From the NCBI RefSeq assembly GCF_009914755.1, contig NC_060926.1: DNA of 64,000 nucleotides; one strand, given 5' to 3'. The translations under genes were made by a program, and so were the position numbers. Below the pieces are notes generated by a model. It was not told the origin of the DNA. It did no database searches and saw nothing but the letters and a program-made list of their open reading frames with translations. Source of the stretch: the human T2T-CHM13v2.0 reference genome, Homo sapiens. Shown here piece after piece: positions 43,085-57,345 of the stretch (position 1 is its first letter; each line of letters starts with the position of its first letter).

Positions 43085-44249
43085 AATATGTTGAAAACAC
43101 TGCTATTTTGAAAAAGTTACTGCATATGTTAAATGGCAGTATCTGGCAGAAAATAAAGTCTTGGGTAGGTCTACAGACACTAATAGTTTGTGTGTGTCGT
43201 GTGTGTGCGTGTGTGCACGCGCGCACATGCCTTGGAGGAGGACACAGAATTTGACAGAGATTTTTACCTAATATATTAATTAAATAAAAAATTAATTAAA
43301 TTCCTATGATTTTTAATCTCACACTGTCACTGCTACCAATTTGAGGTTACAATTAGAGAACAAATATATCATCTAAATTAATTTAATTTTTAACTCCCAA
43401 ATTATTTTCATTTTTACTGCAACCCATTCATTTAATACAATTTCTTGTCAACAGCATTAATGACCATAAATATGAAAATTTTGTTTGGTCCTATAAACGA
43501 AGCAAAAGAAATATCAATAACCTATGATATCATGCTTGAAAGGATTTTTCCCTTCCTAATTGAAAACAAACAGAAACTAAGCTAAGTTAAATGAATGTGT
43601 AATCTTTCATTGCAAAACAAAGGTTATTAATTGATGCAAGTATGTACATAGTTATAAACAGGAGAAACAATTGATTAACTTTGGAAAAGTCTAACCTTAA
43701 AAATGTAAAATGTCAATAAGAATTAAAGAACCACATTTTAAATAGTTCAGAATATTTTTTAATGATTTCTCAGCATTTGCTTATGACTGTGGGCTTAGTA
43801 AAGAAGGAATATATCTGCTTTTGAAGGGCTCTTTATTTGACATTTTCTAAAGGTTTTTTTAAGAACATAAAGTCTGTTCCTACTTAAATGAAACAAAGTA
43901 GTGAAGGAGTTTTAGCAAACCCTCGTCAAGGACAATATGTTCATGCTGTAATTCTTTTGAGAACCACCCTATTATTTGCTGTGACAAATTTCAGAGGCTA
44001 TTAACTCTGGTTTTCACAAGTGTAACTTCATTTTCCTACAACTGAATACATTTATTTCTTAAATCCCAATTTTGCCACATGGTTAAAACTTAATCCCAAC
44101 TTATGTTATTCACTTGGATGTGTTACTTTTTCTTTTTCCAGTGAAGACTGTCCTATCTTTTTCATTCTTTCTCCTCACAATTGCATACACAGTTTAGGAA
44201 TTTGCAAGCATCAGGTAGAAGTGAATAATACTCAGTTGTGTGGTCTGTG

Positions 44250-44400
44250 CTGTCATCCAACGCACCCTCTGCTATCACAGCTTGCGCTCCACCAGAGGGT
44301 TTAAGTGAGATGCTCTGAACTTGCCTTGGGTGCATTTCCTTAAACATTCCAGGCAGCAACCTGTCGGTAAACTGCTACCCTTCCCGCAACATGGTGGTTT
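44250..44400. promoter_or_regulatory. Candidate cis-element with two oppositely oriented CTCF-like cores
   Basis: Reverse-complement ATAGCAGAGGGTGCG (44261-44275) and CCACCAGAGGGT (44289-44300); several CpGs in a CpG-poor background. Confidence 0.3.
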
Positions 44401-44924
44401 GTTTCCACCTTCCAGGGTCCCAATTGTAAAGGAGAACATACATTTCCTTTCTCCTCAGGTCCCTACATCATTCTGGAGATTTGTCAAATTCAAATAAGTA
44501 TTTAGAGCTATAGGCATGGTCCAGAAATGTGGCCATGCCTGTCTGTCATCAATAATGACTAACCACTGACTAACCACTGACTGTCGTCAGTAATGGTTAA
44601 ATTTAAAATTGAATAAGCTAATTAAACTAATACACTTCTAAAAACTGCAAAATTTAAAGTAGGTAGATTTGGTTCATATAAAAGTATAACACTTAAATGG
44701 GTTTGTTGAATCAAATTTAATATATCATTTAATATATTTATTTACATATAATATAACTTATTGCTAAAAGTATCTGTGGCAGGAACATTGTTCAGAAATC
44801 TGTGACACAGGGACATTACATTGTTATAATGCAGGACTCGAACTCCTGTGATAAGTCTGGTTGGAACTGTCCTGCCTACAAACAGAATCTGATGAATCTC
44901 TCTTTGATTTCACCTTCTGTCTTT

Positions 44925-45000
44925 CTGACTTCCATGTCTCAGTGTCTAATATAGTGCCTAAAATACATTAGGCACCATCAAATATTATATGAATAAATGA
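44925..45000 (+). mobile_element. L2 3' end
   Basis: cagtgtctaatatagtgcctaaaatacattaggcaccatcaaatattatatgaataaatga. Confidence 0.6.
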
Positions 45001-45173
45001 TTTCATAAAGTATAAATCCCTCAACAAATAAATGAATAAGTGAAAGAAACTAATTTATACTGTATTGCACATGTAGTGAAAAAATTTTTTTAAATGTAGG
45101 AAAAAATAAAGGTGAAGAAGGAAAGTTTTCAAGTGAAGAGCTAAATATAATTATTTATTTGTTTTTTTGAATT

Positions 45174-45387
45174 ATGAAGAGAAGGATGGAGATTAACAGT
45201 CTCCTTTTTGGAGTAGGTACAATTTAAGTTGAAGAAACTCAAATAAATAAGAAAATATATGGTTAATAACATATGGGCAAAACCAAGTTAACCAAGTTGA
45301 AGAAACTTAAATAAAATTTTGTTGAACTTTGAAGAGAAAGGTGAAGAATAATAGACTCCTTTTTTGGAGTAGGTACAATTTAAGTTG
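45174..45387. repeat. Local direct duplication (~58 bp plus ~22 bp)
   Basis: ctccttttt(t)ggagtaggtacaatttaagttg twice; aagttgaagaaact(c/t)aaataaa twice. Confidence 0.85.
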
Positions 45388-45479
45388 GATTGTCAAAGAT
45401 ATACGAAATAAGATTGATAATCTATAGTCAAAACCAAATGTTTCAACATGTTGCAAACAGCAGGGGTTTACAACTCAGG

Positions 45480-46055
45480 CAAGCTACAAAGTTGGTTTGA
45501 GATAAGCTTTCTGTTATAGATGCTTTTGTTTTGTTAGTCTCCTTTGCTGAGCAGTCTGCCCAGGTCTAAGAAGGAAGTGAGATTTTTGTCAAGTCAGTTT
45601 TGCATTGATCTGACTCTAGCTGGAGTACTGAGTTCAGTTCTGGGCATTTCATTTGGGCAAACTGAAGCCCATGCAGAAGAGAGTGAGAAAGAAGAAGAAA
45701 GGTTGGCAAACAATGAAAGATTAGAAAGTTTCAGGAGGTTGAAAAGAAGCCTAATGGGGATTTGATAGCTGTTTTCAAATATTTGAAAGGTCATCATGCA
45801 GAACGATTACTGGAGTTGTTCTGTGCAGTGCCACAGGACACATAGTTGGTTAGTTCAGGAAAGCAGATTCTAGCTGAACATAAGATGGGGCTTTTCTACA
45901 ACTAAAGCTGATTTAAATGGAGGAAATTGTGCCACAAAATATTAAATGGGCTAGGCGAAGGCTCAAATCATCTATCAAATATTAAAGAGGAAATCTCTGC
46001 ATTGAGTAAAAACTAGAGTAGATGAGCTCAGGTCACTTTGAGTTCTAAGATCCTA
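45480..46055 (+). mobile_element. L3/CR1 LINE 3' region
   Basis: ctggagtactgagttcagttctgggc; ggggatttgatagctgttttcaaatatttgaaagg; tagatgagctcaggtcac...tctaagat. Confidence 0.8.
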
Positions 46056-46734
46056 CTTATTCATTCTATAAAACTTCCCATAAGAAGATTATGATGAGCA
46101 TGTGTTGACATTCAGTTCTTTCATTAAAATTGGCTCCAAGTGTCCTCTACTTAATGGAAATAGAGAATGAATAAAAAAGCCAAAATGAAAGTCTCTTTAC
46201 ATAACTCTAGCCACCCTTGCTAAACACAATTTTTTTTATAATAAGAATCTTCAGATTCATAGTTCAAGGGAAACAAGTACACACAATAATCAGTATAAAG
46301 GAGGTAAAGATTTCTTAAAAGCCCATACTACATTTAATGAAAATATAGGCTTCTTTGGGGAGTGTATGTCCACTGTCAGGAGTGCATCCACTGTCACTGC
46401 TGCTAAAGTTCTCTGTAAAGAAATGACTCCTGATTGAGGGCATTTTCTGTCAATCCATCAGTTAAGCTCCATATTTTCAAATTCACCCTCATCTGACAAC
46501 TACCATCCTCTGCCTTGAATTGACAAATAAATGAAATATAAATAATATTAACTTTTTAAAATTAGTGTGAATTTATTCTAAGCATGTGAAACAATTTGAC
46601 AATGTACTAGTGATTCAAAATACTTGATATAACTTTTTCTGATTTATTTATGACCTGAATGTTTTTTTTACAAATAAATTAGGAGGTTTCTTAAAGGAGT
46701 TTCAGAGTGATGCATTTGGTCATTTAGTACAGTG

Positions 46735-47620
46735 TATATATATTTATTCCAGGCACTGTTATACATAATGAGGATATGATGAGAAAGAGCTAATTCCTTC
46801 CCTACCAAGTCTGAGAAGGTGCAGAAAACAAACAAACAATAAATAAGTAAACAATGCACATTTTGAGATAGGTTATTAAGAAAATAAATATTATAAACCT
46901 TACAGTGAAACAAAAGATGAAAGTGTAGGGTGGCAACTTAAAAAGACAAAATATCTGAGAAGATAAACACTTATTCTTTACTACTGCCCTGCTATCTGTT
47001 GACTTTTCCATTTTCTCTATATTCTAGAGTTGACCATTCACAGAACATTTGCTTATATTGATCACCTAAAAATTGTGTAATTATATCAAACTATCACTAC
47101 CAGTTTGGGTAAATGTCCAGGCCTCCACAAATAAACCCTAAGTATTTGTGCATGCTTATAAATAGGATTCAACGGAGAGACAGAGTGATAGATTAGGATT
47201 TGAAGGGAGAGAACTAATCATCTTGGAAGATGAGAGAGGATGAGATCTGTTGCAAATGTTGAGTGCCTTTTCTAAGAAGAGAGATTCTTCTGTGTTTGTA
47301 GCAGAAAAGAAGTAGTAAAATAAATGAGTTGGCTATTTAGTGATGATGGGTTGATAAGAAATCACAGGTCTGATTTTTCTTTAGAATTTCACTAAGGAAT
47401 ATGAAGTGAGAACATCAAGTGAGGGGAGGAGTGGGAACAAGGTGTTGGTTGTGAGGTTGGAAGAGACAGAACACTTATCCTGGAGAGTAGAAAAGCAGGC
47501 TTGCTAGGGAAGCTCATTGGCCTACTTAGCAGGACTAAGGGGCTAATTTGGAGGTATAAAATGTGAAAGATACACCAATGTTTTTGATTATAGGATTTTC
47601 TCCAGCTGTGTCTACCTGCT
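46735..47620 (-). mobile_element. L2 fragments
   Basis: ccaggcactgttata...tccttccct; purine-rich L2-like text at 47170-47620. Confidence 0.4.
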
Positions 47621-48699
47621 CAATTCAAATATTTCAATCCAACCCCAAGCACATTTAACAAAAGTTTTCATTGAATTTTGTTTACTTAATTTTAGTTGAG
47701 CATGTGAAACTTTGAATCGAAGGAATATTTCTCACAAGCCTTTTCACCTAAAAGTTATATTTGAAAAAGATAATTGTTATTTTATAATCTTCCAAAACTT
47801 ATCTTCCAACAAAATCTAGTTACTGATTGGGCTGACTGACAAATTTTAACCTTTTATAATTACATGATTTCAGATCTTCAGAAAAGTTGCAAGAATAGTT
47901 CAGAAGTCAAACTTAGAAGAGCAAAATAATAAAGCAATAATACAATGGCACTGCATATAATAATTATAAAAACTAGACAGAGTAAAAAAATTAAATCATT
48001 TCAATTGCATTCAATTGGTATGAATTGCAAACATGTGGCTTATTTGCTAAGGGTACTATCCTGCCTTCACAGATACAGGCTTTCGGAATTGTCAACGGAA
48101 AATACAGTGATGGGGAAAACACATACCTGGGGGACTTCAGGGGCCAGAGATCAGAGCTCGAGACTGAGAATACAATTGGAAACTTAAAACACATATTCTA
48201 GTAGTGAGAAACCTGCAGAATAGTTAAATCCAAATTATAAGCAAAAGCTTTCCAAGTCCTTAACTGTTAGCTAAACAATGCATGTGTGAAGACATAAGGA
48301 GGTTTAACAAAAAGAATTAGAAAAAAAGAAAAAGCAGTACGAGGCAAAGATAAATCTACTCTTGATATTTAGAGACGGGGGGCCAGATTCATCAATTTAA
48401 TATTTTTCTGAACTGAGTGCATTATTTAACTATGCACAGCTGAAGCTGATAGGCTTGAAGTATCTTGGTATAGAGTTGAAAAATGGCATAGCTGCTGGAA
48501 ATTAATGGGGAATCCCTAAAAGCAAGGAAACTAGAAAATGAATGACCCTAGCAACAAATAATGGCAAACTTAAGTGAAAAACAGCACCTATAATTTAATA
48601 TAAATTATATAAGTATATATAAAAAATACATAGGATATAAAAACATATACCAAGTATATAAAAATATACTTACGATATATGTGCAATTTTCATATGTTA

Positions 48700-50530
<1,831 letters not shown>

Positions 50531-50544
50531 GTGGGAAAAATGGC

Positions 50545-50765
50545 TTCCTGAAAGCCAGCAACAGACAGTATATCCTTGAATGATGGGCATTACAGTTTTA
50601 TGTAACATAATCACATACAAAATAATCCTATATAGCTCATTACCTTTGACATATTCTATGGGTTGGAAGCAAATTACAGGTCCCATTAACTCCAGAGGGG
50701 AGAGAATTACTCAAAGGCTTGAATACCAGGAAGCAAGAATCATGTGGACCACATTAGAATCTGTT
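50545..50765 (-). mobile_element. MLT1F-like LTR fragment
   Basis: ttttatgtaacataatcac...cctttgacatattctat...gaagcaaattacaggtccc...gaataccaggaag. Confidence 0.7.
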
Positions 50766-51159
50766 GGTTGGAGTGAGCAGAAAAGCTACAAACAAGTGGG
50801 CAAATCTAAATTAGCAGGGACTAATTTAGGCAGATTAAGTACAAGATAAAGCTTAAACATTAGATAATAATAACATGAATGATAGAAAGGAGATGGTAGA
50901 TGGTGAAACATTTTAAAATTTATTTTTCAGCAGTCAAATAGAAATGCTGACTTATATGAGAATAAGAAAAAAAAACAGAAAATAGTATGCAAATGCAACT
51001 TTAAAATTATTAGAACAAAGAGAACAGAAGTATATAGTAATTAATGTCTGGCCCTTGAGAAGAATTAAATAAAATTAAAATCACATATAATTTTATTGTA
51101 AAAGATTAAAATTTCAGTGAAATATTAATCAAAGGCAGAATTTTGAGCACAAATTAGGG

Positions 51160-51450
51160 ATAACTAATGGATACCAAAAAAAATAGAAAGAATGAATAAG
51201 AACTACTATATGATAGCACAATAGGGTGACTATAGTCAACAATAACTTAATTGTGTATTTTAAAATAACTAAAGAATGTAATTAAATTGTAATTGTAACT
51301 CAAATTATACATGCTTGAGTGGATAGATACCCCATATTCTATGATATGCTTATTTCACATTACATGCTTCTATCAAAATACCTCATGTATTTCATAAATA
51401 TATACACCTACTATGTACATCCCAAAATTTAAAAAAATAATAAAAATAAA
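51160..51450 (+). mobile_element. L1MA2/3-like 3' end with A tail
   Basis: gatagcacaatagggtgactatagtcaacaataacttaattgt...atatatacacctactatgtac. Confidence 0.88.
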
Positions 51451-51663
51451 TTTGAATTTAAAAAATAACAAATTAAAAAAAATACCTGTAGTGACTTTTA
51501 AATATTATAGAATTTTAGAGCTGGAAAAACTTTACTACTTATAGAGTCGATCTTTCTATTTTCCAAAATTAATATTAAGAGTCTGTAGTAGAAGTAAGAT
51601 CTGAGGTCAATCTAACTTTCATAATACAATATTTCATTTATTCATCAAATCACTTAGACCAAA

Positions 51664-52019
51664 TATATTAGTTTTTTTTAGGTTGCTGTAATGAAATATC
51701 ACAAACCAGGTGACTTACAAACAACAGAAACATATTGCTTACAGTTCTGGAGCTGGGAAGTTTAAAATCAAGGAAGATTTACTTTCTGGCTAGAATTCAT
51801 TTCTGATTCATAAATGGCACTTTCTAGTTGCATCCTCCCATGGTGGAAGGAACAAGGTGGCTCTCTGGGTCCTCTTTTATAAGGGTACTAATTCTACTGA
51901 TGAAGGCAGAGCCCTCATGGGTTAATCACCTCCAAAAGGACCCTACCTCCTAATACCATCACCTTAGAGGTTAGGATTTCAATATATAAATTGTGGGGGA
52001 GCAAACAGATCATAATACA
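51664..52019 (-). mobile_element. MaLR solo LTR (MLT1A0-like)
   Basis: aacaacagaaa...acagttctggagctgggaagt...ttttataagggtactaat...taataccatcacctt. Confidence 0.85.
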
Positions 52020-54019
52020 ATATGTTTGCCAACAAAGAACCGTGTTTTATAAGAACAAGTACTTTCTACTAAAACACATTTCTGATTTTCTGCATGTTAT
52101 GTTTATTCCCATTTTAGTTTACCATCTGAATTATAAAGTGCATTTTTAATTTAGCTAATGAATGTTCCTTCTATTTGGCTTGCTTGTGATTGCTACCACA
52201 AACTACTATATAAGCACTAAATGTGTAGAAAATATACACAATAGGCAAACAATATGTGGTCAATGCTTTCAATGTGGAGAACATTTGTAGTAGATTTCAT
52301 TTCCAAAGATGATAAGCTAGGTTTAACAAAGAAAATATCTGATTTGTGAGGGATATATTGTGCAGAATACTGCAAGCAATGACTAGGAATACACCCATAT
52401 CAATATTCAGCTGTAATTTAAATTTTAAGATTTATTAGAAAACCATCGTTTTGCCCAGTGTTATGTTTCCCAAAATAATAAACTGCTGACTGAAAAATTT
52501 GTCATTAGCTGGTTAAAAACAAACAAACAAACTCTAGGGACAGCTAGACCGACAGAACCACTTTTCATGCTTTTATTATTCAGCGCTGCACTGATCATAT
52601 TTTCATTCTTTAAGTGTAGTGTTTGTGGGTTTCAGCCCACCCATTAGTTATTCCATTGGGAATTTATTCTCTGTTACCAAAAAAATTTAAAAAGCAGCTT
52701 GTAAAATTTTGAGCTCTCATAAGGACCTAAAGGCCATGAAACAACAAGGTTTTTTTTTAAGTGGATTTGTTAAGTATCTACCTAAAGTAAGGAATTAAAC
52801 TTATAGTACGTGTACTTCAGAAAGGGTTATTTCTGATGCTGAGTAATGCATAGAGAGGGACAACAAAACTGTTTAATTTTTATGACTCACGTACACGATG
52901 CTTACATATTATGGCAGCACTTAGTGTCATTAAAAGAAAAGTCATCAACACTACTGTTGAAATATTTGAACCTTAGAGGAGTTTCATCCATTTTTTTGTC
53001 AATATACATCTTAAATATATTTTCCTTTATCTTTTCATAAAGGTTGATTTCATAATATTTAAGTACATTAATAGTTTAATCAATTATTAAAATATGTAAA
53101 GTCATAGAAAAAATGTTTTAAAATGTTATCATTAATCTTGCATACTTTTAATAACAAATACATGTCTGTTATTTTGTTGAAGAGATTTTTAGAAGATGCT
53201 ACTGGGAATAAAATCTTTGGGGATATTGCTTATTTCAGTCTCTTATGATTTCTCACGTCAATTCCTAATTGCTATTTCTAATTCCTTAATTAGAAATAAA
53301 GTATACACACATATATAAAATATTTACATGAAATAAATTACCCTCCTTACACAAATATACCATGTGTTTGTGTGGAGGGAAAAAAACTGAGCATGCCCTA
53401 TGGACAGAGCATGACTACAAGTTAATTAGGTAAAGAGAGGAAACAGTAGCTTCGGATGGAGGAATGCTTTCTACCATGGTCAGATGGGCAGAGCCTTGGA
53501 ATCATGCCCTTTTCTCCATTCCCAAAATGTCCAGAATGGATCAGTGCCTAATCAATGTCCTGTAGGGGGACAAAGTGATAACAGGGCATAAAAAAAATGT
53601 AGCAGCTGGTGTCTTAACATCAGGACTGCAACATAGCCATCACTGGAATAAGGCATGGATTACCACAGGTCTAGAGTCATCATTCCTCAATTAAGAATGT
53701 ATTTTTCTCCTATTTCTCCATACCTTCAGTGCAAAGCAAGTGAAAAAGGAGAGAGAAAATCCCTCAAACAGAGTATATAGAAGGCAGAGAAATGGAGAAT
53801 GTCCTTGAGGAGCAAGATTGTTGATGAAAGGTCAGAAAAGTGTAATCAAGCACTGTCAAGCACCCTGGGCTCTCTCATGTACCCTGACAGCATCTACTAG
53901 GGCCTGGGCTTTGTTCACAGCCTGCAATATACATCACCAGTTAGTGAGGTGATTTCACTAGAGCATTATATCCAGAAATGCAAAGATAACGCAGAATTAA
54001 GGCATTCAGCGATAATCAA

Positions 54020-54235
54020 GGAAAAGCAACAAGGAGTGAGAAAGAAAGGAAGGAAGAAATGACACAGAGGAAGGAAGAATTGTTGGGAAAAGATGGAAGG
54101 AGAAGAAAGGGGGAGAAATACACAGGTGGTGGAAAGAAAAACATGGAGTCAGACTGAGAAAGGGTAGACTAATGATGGCATAAGAAGGGAGAGAGAGATT
54201 AAAACAGAAAAGAAAAGGTAAAGATGGAGAAAGGA
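54020..54235. repeat. GA-rich low-complexity tract
   Basis: Strongly purine-biased + strand. Confidence 0.6.
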
Positions 54236-54683
54236 CTTCATTGCATCTAATGTGAGAGTACCACCAAAATTAATTTATTCTAATCATATATTTCTGCTCA
54301 CTAGGACCTTAGCCATCAGCATAGATCATCTTCTTTTATCAGTGCACTTTGAAGTATTAATTTACTCTTCAAGAGTTTTAAAAACATTATTTCTAATCAG
54401 AGAATTATATCATATATTTTTAGATTTATAATATTGTTTAAGTAAAACTATGGAGAAATTCCTAAAAGTTTACATTGATGTATGATTTAATAAGTTTTTA
54501 AAAATAAAGTATTTCGAATGTAGAAATTAACTTCGGAACTGTCATCATCTCATCATTTACAAAAATAGACTAAAAGTGCTTTGACATTTGAAAGTCATTG
54601 GATTGTCTTATCCTGTTTTTTGGACAGATAAATGCAGCCTAGTTTATAACTCTTGGAAGCTACATTTAAAATAATTATTTATA

Positions 54684-55063
<380 letters not shown>

Positions 55064-55123
55064 CTAAAACACATTTTAAGTTCCAATAGATGTCATGATC
55101 TGATGATATTCAATGAGAATATT

Positions 55124-55560
55124 ATGGTACATTGCTGCATTGTTCCCAATTTTCACCCTTTCCTATATCCAAGGCTTTTGCTACGTTCTTACGTAGCTCC
55201 TCCAACTACAGGCATAATATATTTCCCCTCCTTGTTATGCTATGCACGGACATGTGACTTACTTTAGCTGTTGGTATATCGGCAGAAGTGCCAACTTAAA
55301 GCCTGTGTCTTAAGAGGCATCATATGTTTCTGCTTATGTCCTGAATCTCTGTGACAACTAGTGCATTGGTCCAAGGAAGATGAAAGACATGTGGACTAGA
55401 TCTGGAACAGCCTGAAGTTTAGAGCCAAACTCAGCTAAACTCAGTCTATGTCCACCTATCTCAGCTAGCCCACAATTCAACGAAGCACAAATAAATGATG
55501 ACATTGAGTTTAGGGCTGGTTCACTATACAACACTATTGCTTCAATAGCTTACTAATACA
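55124..55560 (+). mobile_element. MaLR solo LTR (MLT1H/I-like)
   Basis: catgtgacttactttagc; cttaagaggcatcatatgtttctgctt; caacactattg...tagcttactaataca. Confidence 0.7.
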
Positions 55561-55799
55561 AATATTAGCAATTACTATATTGTAGTAATCAATTTAAAAA
55601 ATGAGATCTCCTGATTTCTAATCTAGATCCTTTTTAAAAATTTGTTTACTCGATGTTAAAGTTTAATACATAATTCTCTTAAATGTTTTGAAGTCACAGA
55701 CCAATTGCATTATATATTACTTTTATGAAGAATAATAATTAATTCCCTGTTATTTAATAATTCTTAAAAGCTTGAATGATAGAAACAATGTTTTAGAAA

Positions 55800-57345
55800 T
55801 GTACTTCAATGATATACCACTCATATCTTGTTATATAAAATCCAAAATAAATCCAAAGACAATGTATACAAGTATAATGAGAAAACCAAAAATTTTGTAA
55901 TTGTCAAGTAGACAAGATAATCTGAAAGATTTGCGAAATACAATTAGCCAAATGCATCTAGTAGGAATACATACAGACGGTAGTATTATGAACATACATA
56001 AAATGTTGAACATGACAACTTGAGAATGTGCACACTTCTGTGAACACATGGAACATTTGTGAAAAGCAATCACACTAGACAACAAAACAATGAACAACGA
56101 ATTTTTATAAAATCCTACAGATCATATTCTCTAATGATGATAGTATTAAGTTTGAAATAAATTATAAGAAAATAAGTAGAAAATCCCTGTACAATTATTA
56201 AGTTGCTTAATTCCAAAGAACTTAAGGGACAAGAAATACATTATGTCAAAAAATAGGAACTATTTAACAACTAATGATAAACAATATTATACATCAAAAC
56301 TTTGATGATACAGGTAAACAGTACTTAAATGAAGAATTCACATCCTTTGTAAAGATTTATATTGAAAAGAAAAAATACTGAAAATAAATTAAAAATCTAT
56401 TTCAAGAACATATAAAATAAACAGCAAAATAAACAAGTATTGAAAAAATAATAAAGATAGAAGAAAGTGATAAAAAAAGGAAAATACTGCCAAGATGATC
56501 AACAATGCCAAAAGTGAGTTTGTTAAATTAATAAAATTGACAAAATTATGTAAAGAGTAATGATTAAAAAAGCAAAGTTGCAACTAGTCAATAATAGGTA
56601 TTAAATAGACTTGGTTGTATATGCCATAGACACTACAGATAGGGGCTTATTATAAAGAATATTGTGCTACAATGTATTTGAAAACTTAAAAAAATAGCTG
56701 GACTCACAGAAAAATATAGCTTATTAAATTTATTCCAAAAGAAATGCAATACTTGAATAATTCTCAAACATATTGAAGAACAGTTTTAAATCTCCCACCT
56801 CCAAAAATGCCCAGGTCCAAGTGGTTTAATCAGTTTTACCAAGAATTAAAAGATGCATATTTTCAAACACAAACTGTTTCAACACATATAAAAAGAAGAC
56901 CTACACTTCAACTTATTGTATAAGATCAGTATCACTTTAAGTACTGATCACAAGGGCAGGAAGAGAAATAATAATTATGGAATAACATCACTCATAAACA
57001 TAAATGAAAAAAATCTGAACAAATCTCAGGAAACCGAATTCTGACATGTATAGAAAGGTAAGATTCCTTAAACACATGGAATTTATTTTGAAAATGAAAT
57101 GTTGATTTTAATCTTAGCAAACCAGTAAGTTTAATTCATTATCTTAACTGAATAAGACAAGGATTACTTAATTATATCAAAAGATACAGAAAAGTAATGG
57201 ATAAAATTTAACAATTATTCTTAGCAACTAGAAAATGAAGGAGTTTTTTTTAACCTTGATGAAGAATATCCATAAAATTCCTCATTATGGTAAAATGGTA
57301 AGACTATTTCATTTAAAATCAGGAGCAAGGTCTGGGTGATCATTA
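55800..57345 (+). mobile_element. Ancient L1ME-like ORF2 relic
   Basis: A-rich strand; acagatcatattctct, cccaggtccaagtggttt, aaagatacagaaaag, ttaaaatcaggagcaagg. Confidence 0.7.

Noticed and set aside
52480-53960. Unique, mildly GC-richer blocks as conserved enhancers or exons
   Set aside because: No ORF, splice pair or motif cluster that I can support without conservation data.
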